NCBI RefSeq assembly: GCF_018350175.1
Contig: NC_058375.1
Coordinates: 93,558,001 to 93,622,000 of the forward strand
DNA from: Felis catus
Taxonomy: Eukaryota
Direction: 5' to 3'
DNA length: 64,000 nucleotides
Positions 51,201 through 64,000 of the stretch are shown here, piece by piece. Under the pieces are notes generated by a model that worked only from the letters and a program-made list of their open reading frames with translations, ran no database searches and was not told the origin of the DNA. Numbering within the stretch: the first letter of the stretch is position 1; every line of letters begins with the position of its first letter. The position numbers and the translations under genes were made by a program.

Positions 51201-51586
51201 CCACCGCTCCGTGCATTCAGCTCAGACAGCCAACTGTCAGTCCGCATGGGCCAGGATCTGTCTGGTCTTTCCTGTGTAGAAACAGGTTTTCCACTCAGCA
51301 AACTCTTCTGAGCTCTGGGCCTACCTCGTCACAAGAAACAAAGTGGTGCCAGTGAGCCTTGCCCCCCAGAAGCTCACAGTCTCATTAGGGAGAGAACACA
51401 GAAACCATCCAGAATGAACTTCCCCTGACAAGGCAGCCTGGGGTTAATGTCAAAGGAGCAGAAAAGTCATTACCTTTTTTAGGGTTTGTTTGTTTATTAT
51501 TTACAGCGGCTCTATTTGCCATGTCCAGAAACTAAAAACAAACCAAATGTCCTTTAACACTCGTTACCTTTAAAGAGCGCAGACAT

Positions 51587-51804
51587 GGGGCACCTGGGTG
51601 GCTCAGTCGGTTAAGCGTCCGACTTCGGCTCAGGTCATGATCTCACAGTTTGTGGGTTTGAGCCCCGCGTCGGGCTCTGTGCTGACACCTCAGAGCCTGG
51701 AGCCTGTTTCAGATTCTGTGTCTCCCTCTCTCTCTCTGCCCCTCCCCCACTTGCACTCTGTCTCTCTCTGTCTCAAAAATAAATAAACATTAAAAAAAAA
51801 AAAA
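51587..51804 (+). mobile_element. SINEC_Fc
   Basis: Full body; TSD agcgcagac. Confidence 0.95.
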
Positions 51805-51867
51805 GCGCAGACGGGAAAGAGGCTTCTGAGGGCTGGAAGATAGCCCTGCTTCTTTTTTATTAAGCAA

Positions 51868-52080
51868 TTTTTTTAAAGTTTATTCATTCATTTTGAGAGA
51901 GAAAGAGACCGAGAACGAGCAGGGGGAGGGGCAGAGAGGGAGGGAGAGAGACAGAATCCCAAGTAGGCTCCACACTCAGTGCAGAGCCCAATGCAGGGCT
52001 TGAATTCATGAACCCGCGAGATCATGACCTGAGCCAACATCGAGATCGGATACTTAACCGACTGGGCCCCCTAGGTGCCC
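51868..52080 (-). mobile_element. Can-SINE
   Basis: Antisense body; TSD-like tagccctgct. Confidence 0.9.
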
Positions 52081-52749
52081 AAGTAGCCCTGCTGCTTGAA
52101 GACTCTGGGTCTTGACAGAATTTGGACAAGTAGAGAAGAAGGGAGGGGCTCCCAGGAAACGGGGGTCGCTTGAGTCCAAGGGTGGGGGGCCGAGAGAGCA
52201 TAGATCGAGTTTGGCCAATGCGTGGCACACGTGACCCCACTCCCGCCTCCCTTGCTAATTGACGGTAGCACCGTTTCCCACAGCCTCTGATTGCAGACTC
52301 CTTCTCCATGTAGCCCTCAGCAACTGGTTAAAGCTGGCGAATGAGAAGGAGCCTATTGGCCCTTTCTGGCCTAGAGAGTTCAGACACCTAAGAAAATGGG
52401 TGAGGCCGGAGCGGAAGCCATCCGGAGTTGGCCACACAGAAGCCCAAGGCAGCTCATTCCTTACTCCAGCACACCTGTCCTCCTCGCCCAAACTCATCCC
52501 TTGTGTGCTGCAGGTCCAGTGTTGGGCAGGGGACGTGCCCAGGGTCAGTGGGGCCTCTGGAGCAGAGAAATCTGTGGACTCTCTCACTGCCGTCCTCCCA
52601 GAGGAAGGTGCTTTCTTCCCCCAGAGCCTGGCCTGAAGGAGTGAAAGCACTGGCGAAAGATTTCCCACTCAGATCCCAGGCCAGAGGGAGCCGTTGGAAG
52701 TTTCTGGCACTGTTATGATAAAGGCATTAATTATAAGATATTAGTATGA

Positions 52750-52970
52750 GGGGCACCTGAGTGGCTCAGTCGGTTGGGCATCCAACTCTTGGTTTCAGCT
52801 CAGGTCATGATCTCATGGTTTGTGGGTTCAAGCCCTGCATCGAGCTTTGTGCTAACGGCACAGAGGAGCCTGCCTGGGATTCTCCCTCTCTCCCTCTGTC
52901 TCCGTCCTTCCCCCTGCTTGTAGGCATGCACACTCGACAGATAGGATAGATAGATAGATAGATAGATAGA
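52750..52970 (+). mobile_element. Can-SINE with (GATA)n tail
   Basis: ggggcacctgagtggctcagtcgg head. Confidence 0.9.
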
Positions 52971-54659
52971 CATTCGTATGAAAGATTAATCTGTCCTGTC
53001 TTCTCCTAAGAGAAAATGCCTCCCATTGGGACATTCTTAAATAAGTCTGAGGCTCTGTAGAATGGGGGTCCCTTAGACCCAAAGGCTTCAGTACCCACTG
53101 AAGGGAGGGTACTGGTAGGGAGGGTGGGCTGGGAAGCGAGGTCTGCATATCTGAACTGGGGTGGAGAGGAGAAGGAGGTCTTACCCTCAGGAACAAAGCC
53201 ATGAGGTCAAGGCCCATGGAAGCTCCCAGGAGGGACCGGGAGCAGACACTAGGAACCACACACAGCTGTAAGAGTTGTCAGACCTTGTATCGCCCAACCC
53301 AGGCTGGACTGGTTGCTTGTTTTGCTCTGTTTCCCTGAAGTAGATGTAAGTAGAGGAGTATATTGTAGGCTTGTCCTGGGGGGGGGGGGGTAGAATAACG
53401 TGGAGAACTGGGGGGCCTGTGGCCCTTTGTGCAGGCAGGTTCTGGGGCTCTGAGAAGGGGGGAGATAGAAGGCAAACTTCAGGCAAAAGAGTGGGTGGTG
53501 GCAAGGAGACACGCAGAAAAGGATGCAGCCTGTAGGAACCTTCTCAAGTAAAGGGGACGGTCCAGGAAGCCCCCTGGCCTGAGAAGGGGCAGAGCTGGAC
53601 ACCTCCACTAGACCGTCAGCCTCTGAAAGGTGAGGACCATACCACCACCTTCCTCAGCACAGCCACAGGCTCTGGAGACGACACAGAAGCAGTGAGCTTA
53701 CTTGACTGGGATCGACTCTCTCCTTCTTCCCGCCCACTCCCCAAATCATAAACGGTTTTCCCACTTAAAGAAATGGACAGGAGGGGAAAGCACTCAGAGC
53801 GAAGGGAGAAGGGGCTGGGACCAGAGAGAGAAGCTAACATCTGTCTTCAAAGGTCACCACTGACGTCCCGTGTTCCAACCCGTTTCCACTTCTCAGAGCT
53901 AACTCTCCCTAGAGCAGTTGACTATTGCTCAACCTTTGCTTCTTCAAATGTTATCTCCTGGGCTCCCAGCCTTTGCACCTTCATGATTCTCTACTGCTTC
54001 AATTCCTCTTTTTTGACTTCTTCTATAGTTTACTCTCTTGAACCCGTTAAGCCAGATGTCCCCAATTCTGCCATTGGTCTCGTCCCCTTGGACATGCCCG
54101 TGGTCTCCCTGGAGGAGTCTCACCACTCGTGCAGCTTTGATGGTCACTTGCTTACTGGTGACTCTATAGCCTTGATTGCTTCTTCAATTCTAGTCCCTCA
54201 ATTGCAAGAGTCTGCGGGATGGGTGCCATTGGGAGCCCTCCGCAATCCCCAAGCTCAATACAGCCTTTGTCGGGGGGCTTCCACTGGACTTTGGTCACCG
54301 TGCTGGAGGCCGCACTTCAGGAGCCAGGCCTGGAGACAAGGCTGCCCTGGTGGCTGGGTCTTTGCCTCAGTTTACCAGCATTGGGCCTGCCATCATCCTG
54401 CAGGAGGCTACCTGCTATTATTTATCTCTGGCCACTCTGCCTTCTGCTTTCTTCTGTTGACACGCAGTATTGAGAAAACTCTGGCAGGTTCTCTATTGCT
54501 GATGTTGAACCTGAAGGACTGAGATGCCCCCCTGGGGGATGTAGTGGTGGGTACACTCTAAACCCATCTGGAACCCATTCCAGTCCTGGGGAGTGCTCTG
54601 GGCTGAGAGCTCACAGGAAGATAAGAGGAGACCTCCCAGGCTGAATGGGGAGAAAGGTT

Positions 54660-57020
54660 ACTCTCTCATTCATCCCTGAAATGTTAATTGAATTCCTTCT
54701 CTGGGCTAGGGACTGTGTTAGGGGCTCCGGATACATTGTAGAAGACAGACAATGTCCTGCTCTCGGGGAGCTCAGTCTTACAGAAGACCAGGCGTGAGCA
54801 GGTGAGGAGACAGTGCTGAGTGCCCCCTCAAAAAAGAGAAACACAAGATTGAGTACAGGGAGCCAAGGGCGGGGGCTGAGACCTACAGGATTATTAAGAG
54901 CTAAGAGGAAAAAGAGGGAGAGAAGATTGTTCCAGGCAGGGAGATAGCATGTGGGAAGGCTCAAGTCAAGAGTGGGCTCAACACTTCCAAGGAATTGAAT
55001 GAAGCTCAGAGTGGCTATGGAGTGTAAAGAAAGTGGTCCCTATAGAGGAGGGACAGTGAGCAAAGGCTGAGTCACACAGGGCATGTGGGTGGTGATGGTG
55101 GTGGCAGTAAGGATTTCAAACTTTAGGATTTAAACCAGGAGGGCCATGTAAAAATGTGCATGTAAATGAGATATTTTGGCTTGCTCTGTGACAATCACAC
55201 ATTAGGGACTGGAGAGGACATTGTGGTGAGTGGAAGATGATGGTGGCCTCATCAGGGTGATGGCTGTCACTGGAGAGGAGTGGTCAGATTTTAGGGATAC
55301 TTAGAAGGATTCCGGATCTAAAGAGGGGCGACGGAGTCAGGGACAACGTTGCTTTTCTCGCTTGTGTGACACAATGCACGGTCAAGTGTGTCCCACGGAA
55401 ATTCGGTTGTGGACACGTGGAGTGGAGGTTTTTGTGGGGCCTCGATAAAGATGCCAAGTCATTCAGCCTTGCCAAATAGAATAAGGAATGAATGCGAATC
55501 TCAGAAAAATGACAAATGTTTAGGATAAATCTGTCCTAAATATTACATGGGACACACTCATAATAAAACATTTTTTCATTGTTATAGCTGAAATTCAAAT
55601 TTCACTGGTCATCTTATATTTTTATACTTGCTAAAGGTGACAAGCCTGCAGGCCATTGTATACATGATCCAAGGCTCAGAAGAGAGGTCTAGACAGAGGC
55701 ATATGTTTGACAATTGCCAGCACCAAGGACTTGAAGCATTGGAAATGTAGAGGTGTTTAGAGTCAATACATAGAGGAGACGAGTCTAGGACAGGGTCCAA
55801 TTAACTCCAGAATTTAGGGTTTGGGTAGAGGAGCAAAATGAAGGAAAAAGAGGAGAATGTCAGGGAGCTGAGAGTGGTAGAAATGACTCACGGCAGAAAA
55901 ATCAAACACACAAGGGCTAAAAGCGTTCATCGAATATACAGACAGGTTGTTGGTAGTCTTGGTGAGAGCCGTCTATAGGAAGATTTGAGATGTTCTCCTT
56001 TTCTTATTAAGGAGAAGGTGATGGTGGGAGAAAGAGGTGGGGTCAAAGGAGGGCTTAATTTGATATAAGAGACTTGAAAAAATATATATCGGAGACTTAA
56101 ACTTGTTCAAATATTGATGAGAAGACATGAGTAGAGAGGGAGAAGCTGAAGATGAGGGGAAAGAGGGGACAGGAAAGATCCCGGGGATGGCAGAAAGGAA
56201 GGGTTGAGATCCAGTGAATCAGGGGCAGGATTACATAGAAGGACATGCACCTTCCCTTATACCAGGAGGCAAATGGAGAGTACGGGCAGGTTGATAGAAG
56301 GGATGGCAAGATGTTGAAAGATTTCCTGCTTTGAGGTTCCTGTTTTGTCTTTGAAGGGAGAGGTGATATCATCCACTGAGAAATAAGATGGAGGTAAATA
56401 TGTGCAAGGTTTGAGAAGTTTGAGAACAGGGGATAAGGTTTAAAAAGGCGGGTGTACAAGGAGTTGAATAGATGTTGCCCATGGAAAACATAGCGGGCAG
56501 TGCTGAGGACCCGGTCAAGCTTGGTGACCACCAGTGATGTGGATCCAGTCAGCTTGCTGGTGTGGACTTCCGCAGCAGAAATCACCCCCAACATAGGTAC
56601 AGTTAAGAGGAAAGGGAGAGCTGGCTGATTCACAGTTGGGTTTTTGCGGGGTGGTGCAACAAAGGGGAATTTACATTACAGGGAAGAATGAATGAAATTC
56701 TGAGCTGCACAGTCCAAGCCATGAGAGAGGAAGGTGAAGAAAGAGGAAGGATATGGAGGAAGAGGGGGCCATGGACAAGTGCTTCTGATGGGGTCAGAGG
56801 ACAGATATTAGAAAGCAGAGAGGATAGAAGGATGTCAGAGTTACTAATTGCAGAGGTAGGGGAGTTCTGGGTGCTGACTAAGTCTGGGCAGTGGTTATAG
56901 GAGTGGGTGGCCATGATACAGTGGGACTGAAGGTTGTCAGAGATAGAGACACCAAGCAACTAAGAAGCTAGGGTGTGGGCTGGGGTGCATCATGGGCTCT
57001 GACATCATCCACAGTGATGG
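54660..57020 (-). mobile_element. Long L2 relic (ORF2 fragments to 3' end)
   Basis: L2 3' end cattcatccctgaaatgttaattgaa; minus ORF 56630-56959 THSYNHCPDLV...SNSDILLS resembles the L2 endonuclease THxxGHTLDL...SDH region. Confidence 0.75.
55464..55650. mobile_element. MER53 hAT MITE
   Basis: Quasi-palindromic cagccttgccaaatagaata...ctgaaattcaaatttcactgg...ttgctaaaggtgacaagcctg. Confidence 0.75.
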
Positions 57021-57329
57021 CAGGGCCTCCTAGGTCCTTCACACGTCTTGCTTCTTGGCAACACATCCCTGTTTGTTGGGCCACGTGGGTTGTCATGGTG
57101 GTGGGTGGGAAGAGGGGAGGCGGTGGTGGCTAAAACTAGGAGGGGACTGTGAAACGTTGCCATAGTAGAAAGAGATTTTTGTGTGAGCTTTGAACAAAAT
57201 GGATTCCTCTGTGTCCTTCTAGGCTGAAGGAGTGCATAGGCTGCTGTCAATATGCAGCAGAACTGAGAAAATCTTCTATGAGTCCTTCTCAATGTTACTT
57301 AAGGAGCCCAAGGAGTCAGTAACGAGCCA

Positions 57330-58060
57330 GAATGCCTCATCTTCCTCCCCCAATCCCCAGAGCCTGCGCTTTCTCTTGTGTTCTTTCCATTACTCTGACT
57401 AGAAAATTCAGTCTCACTTCCCATATCCAATTGGTCACTAATTCTGCCTCTTCTACTGCCAGTGCCCCTGTTCTGATTCATATCGTTGTCATCTGTCTCC
57501 CAACATTACAATGGCTTCCTAAATGATTTCTCTGCACATACCCCCCACCCTGACTTTCCCTAGCTTCTCCCCCTTCTCAAGGGGCCAAGGCCAAAGAGAA
57601 GACGCTCCTAGCAGTGCTTTCTCCACATAGACCCTTTACAGTCATCCATAAAATCTTCCTAAAACACTGCTTGGTCTCCATGACTCCTGTCCTTAATATT
57701 TCCCAGAGGATCTCTGTGTCTACAGAACAAAGATCAAACTCCTTAGCATGGTATTCAGGATTCCTCTTGACCTTGCCCTGTGTTCCTTGCCACCCACATC
57801 TTTCGCTCCTCCTTCCAAGCACCATGTGCCAGTACCGCTAGGCTATCTTACATTTGCTGTCATAAGTCATATTCCTTCCTGACTCTGGGACTTTGCATCT
57901 GCTGTCCCCTCAGCCTGGGATGTCCTTCCCATTCTCCTCCTCCATCCATGTAGGGCTTTGCTACGGTCACACCTTGTCCCTGATGCCTTCTCTGCTCCCC
58001 ACTGTTTAGAATTAATCCCTTCCTCTACAACAAAGGCAGGAAATTGCCCAAATCTCTATT
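57330..58060 (+). mobile_element. L2 fragment
   Basis: tctacagaacaaagatcaaactccttagcatggtattcagg...actttgcatctgctgtcccctcagcctgggatg. Confidence 0.7.
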
Positions 58061-58175
58061 TAGCTTGTATATTCAGTCTTGTAATACAGTGAGCTGTTTA
58101 GAAGCCGTTTGTGTAGCTTATCTTGCAAATATGTTTAGTTGTGTGAGACACTGAAGATACAAAGAGGCAAGTCTA

Positions 58176-58383
58176 GGGGGGCCTGGGTGGCTCAGTCAGT
58201 TAAGCATCCGACTTTGGCTCAGGTCATGATCTCAGGTTGTGCGTTCAAGCCCTGAGTTGGGCTCTGTGCTGACAGCTCGGAGCCTGGAACCTGCTTTGGA
58301 TTCTGTGTCTCCCTCTCTCTCTGTCCCTCTCCTGCTCATGCTCTGTCTCTCTCTCAAAAATAAATAAACATTAAAAAAAAAAA
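58176..58383 (+). mobile_element. SINEC_Fc
   Basis: TSD aaagaggcaagtctag at 58161-58176 and 58383-58398. Confidence 0.96.
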
Positions 58384-58570
58384 AAGAGGCAAGTCTAGCC
58401 CCTGCCTTCCAGGTGTTCATGTCATGGTGGGGGCGCTGGCTAGCTGACAGGCAATGACAAAACCTTGAGGTGCAGGCTGAGTTGGGCAAAGGACCACCAC
58501 TGTAGTGGAGTGACCAGTGTATATACCTGTCACCCCAGGTAGGACCTAATTTCCTTGAGCTCAGAAAGAT

Positions 58571-58807
58571 CTTTTCTTTTCTTTTCTTTTCTTTTTAATG
58601 TTTATTTATTTTTGAGAGAGTCAGAGACAGAGACAGAGCACTAGTAGGGGAGGGAAAGAGTGAGAGAGTGAGACACAGAATCTGAAGCAGGCTCCAGGCT
58701 TCGAGCTGTCAGCACAGAATCTGACATGGGGCTTGAACCCACAAATCACGCGATCATGACCTGAGCCGAAGTCGGATGCTTAAACGACTGAGCCACCCAG
58801 GCGCCCC
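58571..58807 (-). mobile_element. SINEC_Fc
   Basis: Full antisense body; TSD cagaaagat. Confidence 0.95.
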
Positions 58808-60257
58808 AGAAAGATGTTTTCTTTATCTGAGTCCCCACGCCCCCGCCCAACCCTGGCATGTCATAAAAACACCCTATGTGATTTGTTAGCATGAACCTCA
58901 GGCTCCCTGAAGGTAGGAGCTGTGTCTTCCTCAATCTTTTGTTCTTCTTTCCCCTGGTGCCTTGTACGAGGCCTGGCAGGGTCAACATTCACTGAAATGA
59001 TCTAAGAGAAAGAGTTGCGCAGAAGTAGCAGGTGCTCTGGGGACCTGTGAGTAAACAGTTGGCTTGGGAAATGTCTCAGACCAGACGAGTGCTCACGATT
59101 CATGTGACTGCTGTCTAGACCCAGACACCAGTGGGTCACAGTTTGTCCTGGAGGGCCTTCTGAGGCTGGCTCACTGACGAAACTCCCAGCCCACCCGGTA
59201 GCCACTCTTTCCTGCATATGGCCACGCACAGGGAAGGGATGCTTCCAGCAGGCAGCGGCAGGGTCAGGAACTACAGGGACCCGGCTAGAGTGACTCATTG
59301 GGAAAGTGGAGCTCTGAGGTGCACCAGCAGAAGACTCCTCCTTCAGCTGGGATTGGGCCCCATCTTGGTTTTGGAGGCCGCGTGTTTGCAACTGTGCCCT
59401 GAGCCACTGGGTCGCCTGAAGGAGAGGACAAGGTGGGACTGTTCCCTAAGTCTGGGGAGGTGTGAGGAGAAAGGGTCTGTTCCTGGAGCAGGTGCAGAGG
59501 TCTCCATGTGACTCTGTCCTCTCCCTTCAACCCCCACCCCTCTCCAAATGTATCCGCGGGGAAGTGGGGGGAGAAGTTGTTATGCAGAGTGTGAAGAAGT
59601 TGTGATAAAAGCTGGACAGTGCCCCAAATTCCCAGGCTGAGGAAAATCCCCCCAAGGTTCTACAGTTCCTACCAGGAAGTGGGGAATTCCCAGCAGCTTT
59701 GCCGGGAGGGATGGAGGGAAGAAGGCTCCACTAGGTCAGCCCTTCATCAGCAGACGCATACCTTCCTGAGGCAAGTCCCTCTTTATCCCCTGGCGGTAGA
59801 AGTAGGCTGTGGGAACCCAAGGTTTCCCTTCAGCGCTGCGGGGTGCAAGGTTCTCACAGTCCCACGGTTCCCATGGGAGGGGGGCTGCCTCACCCTCAAC
59901 CCCTCCCTGGCATTCCCTGCCCTCCCGGGCTCCTCCTGGGTTCCTCCTTCTCCTGTTCCCCCAGCACTTCTCCCTGGCCCTTCTTATTCCCCTCACAGCC
60001 TTCCTCCCATCTCCCCACCTAAACCAGGAGAAAGCGGGGGAGGCTGGGCGTGTTGGGTCCACAGGGCAGCGTGAGAAGAGCCGCATGTGGGGCCGTGCTC
60101 ACCTTTTGCTCTCACCTGCCGGGGCTCCGGCTCAGTCTGGGCAAGTCACCCAATTGCTCGTAGCCTAGGCTTTTTTCTTTGCACGAGGAGAATGTCCCTT
60201 TTGCAAAGCTGCTATGAGGAGACCCGGCACATAGGACTCATTGCAGATTTGCTTTAG

Positions 60258-60890
60258 ACATTCAGTTATTCATTTATTCAAACATCCATTCCACACAGCA
60301 TTTTTCTTGGCCTGCTACGTGCCAGGCACTCTTCTGTGTGCTAAGGAGGTAGCAGTGAACAAAACAGACAAAAATCCCTGTCCTCCTGGAGCTTACACTT
60401 TAGCAGGGAAGGTGAACAAGAAACTGACCAACACGTATTTAAAATACAGGAGATATAACGCTCTGCCATGCAGAAAGATACAGCAGCGTCAGACAACAGA
60501 AGACGGGAAAGCTCCATCTAAGATGCTCAAGAGAAGCCTCTCGGAGGAAGTGACATTTGGACAGAGACCTGACTGTAGGGAAAAAGAGGGTCAGGAGACC
60601 CTCTGGGAGAGAGAGTTCCAGACAGAGGGAATAGCAGTGCCAACGCCCTGAGGCAGGGAGGTGCTTGGCCCAAGGACCGGCATGGAGCCCGTGTGGCTGG
60701 AGTGGAGTGAGCAGGGCTTGTGTGGGGGGATGAGGTCAGAGGACAAGGCAGGGCCAGGGCCCGAAGGGCCTTGTTTATCACATTAGGGAGTTTGGGTTTT
60801 ATTCTCAGTAATGTTTTTGAGCGGGGGCCGGTGGCGGGGAGGGGGGGGGACACATGATCTGATTTATGCTTTTGAGATTATTCTGCGTGG
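60258..60890 (-). mobile_element. L2a-like 3' end
   Basis: cattcagttattcatttattc...tgccaggcact...gtgaacaaaacagacaaaaatccctgtcctcctggagcttaca. Confidence 0.85.
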
Positions 60891-62530
60891 GGAGTTCACT
60901 CCCACAGCGGGGCCAGGAAAACAGTTAGGGGGCCGTGATCATCATTCATCACAGCTGGTGCCCCTCACCTCCATCCCCACCCCCAGTTTCCATCCCAGAG
61001 GCTGGCACAGCTTCCAGAACCTCTCCCAGCTCTCCTCCTCTGCCCTCCCCGGCTCCCGGCTCACTCCTCCTGTGTCTGGGGCCCGGCCCCACTCTCCACA
61101 GCAGCTGCTACCAGTGGCCTTCTCCCAGGGGCTTTTCCAGGCTGGAGCTCCCTGAGGCCTTCTGTGTTCTGGGTCCCCTCTTCCTGCGGGGACTCTCCAC
61201 TCCCAGGCCATCTTGGCACCGCAGGTACTACCCGGGTACCCGTGGCTCCTCCCCACCCCCACCCCCCCCCCCACCCCCACTGCCTGAGGTCTCAGGTTCC
61301 ACCCCAGCCCCTTCTCCCACCCTGATGGTGATCAATTGATACCCTTCTGCCACTGCTCCCCGATGAGCCATTCAGTCACCTGTGTTCACCAGTTGCTTGC
61401 ACTGAACACCCCTCAGGTAAGGGTGAGCCAGACAGACTGCACCCCTGCCCTGAGAGAAGTCAAGTTCCAGGGGTAGAGACAGAAAAACATGTGAACAGTT
61501 CATGACAGAATGTTGGGTAGGGAGTGATCCATGCCATGGTGAAAATGGAAACAAGTAGCAGACCCCAAGTGATGGGGAAAGGGGCTATTCCAGAGGCACC
61601 TGAATGATCTGCATGTAATATCTGCCACATATCTGCTATGTGAATGTCTGAGGAGACAGTGTTTGGGGCTAAGGAAAGAGCAAGTGCAAAGGCCCTGAGG
61701 TAGGTGAGAAATGAGCTTGTAAAGAAGGCCAGTGTGGCTGGAACAGGGAGAGGGATGGATGAGGCTGCTTCATGTAGAACTCCACATTCCCCTCTTGGCC
61801 TCAGACTCCAGTGCCCTGTGACATCTGGACTTCTACAGCTGGAGACTCCTTCTGCAGGCATCATCACAAACTCAGTGGGTCCTATACTGAACCTGTTTTC
61901 CTCCTCCTGAAACCTGTCCTTCTTTCTGTCGTCTAAACTATCCCCTGTGCCAGTAAGCTGAGGGTAGCTGGGACTCCTCTTTCTCCCTCACCCCATGCAC
62001 CCAGCTAGTCATGAGGCCCACTAAAACCCTTTTAAAAATATTTCCTGTATCTGTCCACTCTTTCTGGGTTCAGACTCTCATCCCTGTTATGAGGACCTGG
62101 CAAGGGTCTCCTAACTGGCTGACCTCTGATCATTCTCTGATCAGGAAGATGGTACATACTTGGAGAATAGCTAAATACCACAAAGCAGCACGTACGACGT
62201 CAGGGGAGGGCTAGGGCTGGGGGCCGTAAGCTGGAGGGAGAGGGCGGGCTTCACAGAAGAGGGACATCTCATCATCCCCCAGTTCAATGACCATATACAG
62301 CCAGGGCCTCCGAGTCTATCCGTCCACACAGACCTCTCTCCAGATATCTAGCTTTGCCCACCCCTATGGCACCTGCTTGCCCTCAACTGCCCCTAGAGGA
62401 GCCCATACTGTTCAAGTTTGCGCTCATCGTCTCCCTACCCGCAGACTGCCCCTCTCAGTCACAGTCTCTCCCCCCCCCCGCCACCTCCGGCTTTATTAGA
62501 AAGCTGGGAGCCATGCTGGTTCCTCTCCAA

Positions 62531-62536
62531 CCCCCC

Positions 62537-62581
<45 letters not shown>
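62531..62581 (+). repeat. Poly-C tract (~50 nt)
   Basis: C run with one T interruption. Confidence 0.9.
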
Positions 62582-62582
<1 letters not shown>

Positions 62583-62639
62583 CTAAGCCATCACCAAGTC
62601 CTGTCGGCTGGAAGGAGCTCTGAACACTCAGAGCTGAAC

Positions 62640-63470
62640 ACTCACACCCCATGCCTCAGATCCCCAGCTATCAGTTGGTTCCAGTCACCATGCCTCCAGC
62701 CCAGACCCCATACATCGCCTCCTGACCGGTGTCCGAGGCCTGCTGCTTGCCCTCATCCCATCTGTGGCCTTCGCTGCAGTGACTCCGGGCCATCTAAAGT
62801 GCAAGTCTGCTCATTGTGAGCCTCTGCTATAAACCCTACATCGGCTTCTCATGGCTCTCAGGATAATGTCCAAACCGTGCAGAGCCACTGGGTAGCTCTG
62901 AACCTCTTCTGCCGCTATGCCCCCGGCACCCTCTAGTCCAGACTTTATGACCAACTTTCAGTTCCTAGAATGCACCGTCCCTTGCCTTGGGCCTTCCTAC
63001 TTTTCTCTTCTGCCGGTCCCAACATCCTCGCTGCCCCCTTCTCTCCCTGGTCCCCTTGCTTACCTAACTCCTCCTCACTCTCCAAGAAATCAGCAATGTC
63101 GGGGCACCTGGCTGGCACAGTCGGAAGAGCATGTGACTCTTGATCTTGGGGTTGTGAGTTCGAGCTCCACATTGGGTGTAGGGACTACCAAAAAAAAAAA
63201 AAAAACTTTAAAGAAATCAGCAGTGTCACCTCCTCCAGCAAGCCCTCTGTGATCTTCTCAAGGCGAGGCCAGGTGCTCCTCCAAGGTGTTTCCTTAACAC
63301 CCTGAGCTCACCTCACTACATTACAGGTGGCTGTTTATGTCTCTGTACCCTCCACAAGTCTGGCATGTCTGTGAATGCTTACCTTGTCCAGCTTGTTGGT
63401 GATAGAATCCTCAGCTCTTGGCACATAAAGTTGTTCGACAAATATTTTTTGAATGGATGGATGGATGATG
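62640..63470 (+). mobile_element. L2 3' fragment, interrupted by a SINE
   Basis: ggctctcaggataatgtccaaacc...ggcacataaagttgttcgacaaatattttttgaatggatggatgg. Confidence 0.7.
63101..63206 (+). mobile_element. Short tRNA-derived Can-SINE
   Basis: ggggcacctggctggcacagtcggaagagcatgtgactcttgatcttggggttgtgagttcgagc plus poly-A; TSD aagaaatcagca. Confidence 0.9.
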
Positions 63471-63507
63471 TGAGAGTAGAAGTGGGGTTTAAAGTACGGA
63501 CACATCT

Positions 63508-63738
63508 GGGGGCGCCTGGGTGGCTCAGTCGGTTAAGCGTCCAACTTCGGCTCAGGTCACGATCTCGCGGTCCGTGAGTTCGAGCCCCACGTCGGGCTCT
63601 GTGCTGATGGCTCAGAGCCTGGATCCTGCTTTGGATTCTGTGTCTCCTTCTCTCTCTGTCCCTCCCATGCTCACACACTGTCTCTGTCTCTCTCAAAAAT
63701 AAGTAAACACTAAAAAAATATTTTTGAAATAATAAAAT
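63508..63738 (+). mobile_element. SINEC_Fc
   Basis: TSD aaagta(c/t)ggacacatctgg on both sides. Confidence 0.96.
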
Positions 63739-64000
63739 AAAGTATGGACACATCTGGAAAGGAAAAGACATTTGGCACAGCAGGGGTGTGCCAAAGATAA
63801 AGGTGTGGAGGTGGCCGTGGGCACCGCCACATTCAGGAGTGAATGAGGCCGCTTCGATTGGAGCCGAGGGCGTGAGGGGAGTGAAGGGCGATAAGGTCAA
63901 AAAGGGAGGTTGGGGCCAACCTAAGGCCTTTGGACTTTATTCTAGAGGAAGTGAAGAGCCTCCAAAGATTATAAGCAAGCTTGACCTGGTCAAAGCCATG

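Noticed and set aside
63101-63206. tRNA-Lys-like sequence (also 36417-36518)
   Set aside because: Has a poly-A tail and TSD and decayed stems; a short Can-SINE, not a tRNA gene.
1-64000. CRISPR arrays, rRNA or prokaryotic systems
   Set aside because: The sequence is mammalian; no regularly spaced repeat-spacer array or rRNA similarity seen.

Overview
Non-coding mammalian DNA, almost certainly from a cat-family (felid) draft assembly: it has about 30 SINEC_Fc/Can-SINE copies and two N-gaps. I can support no host protein-coding gene; nearly all ORFs in the track are chance ORFs or repeat translations. The main object is a ~7.75 kb endogenous provirus on the minus strand (23510-31256). It has two ~825 bp LTRs about 98% identical, a 6-bp TSD (one mismatch), a PPT, a tRNA-Trp primer-binding site, and decayed betaretrovirus-type (HERV-K/MMTV-like) gag, integrase C-terminus and env. 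The CA-CTD/NC/pro/RT/RNase H block is replaced by ~2.5 kb of AT-rich non-coding DNA that resembles class I MER4-group internal sequence and carries a SINE that looks older than the LTR pair. This points to a chimeric, non-autonomous, ETn-like ERV family mobilised in trans (inference). The provirus sits in a five-level nest: CR1/L3 > L2 > L1MC > ERV > SINE. The rest is MIR, L2, L1, MLT1 and hAT relics, a SINE pile-up at 35-37 kb, microsatellites and a few candidate enhancer motif clusters. Repeat family names come from my recollection of consensus sequences, not from a database search, and old-repeat boundaries are approximate.
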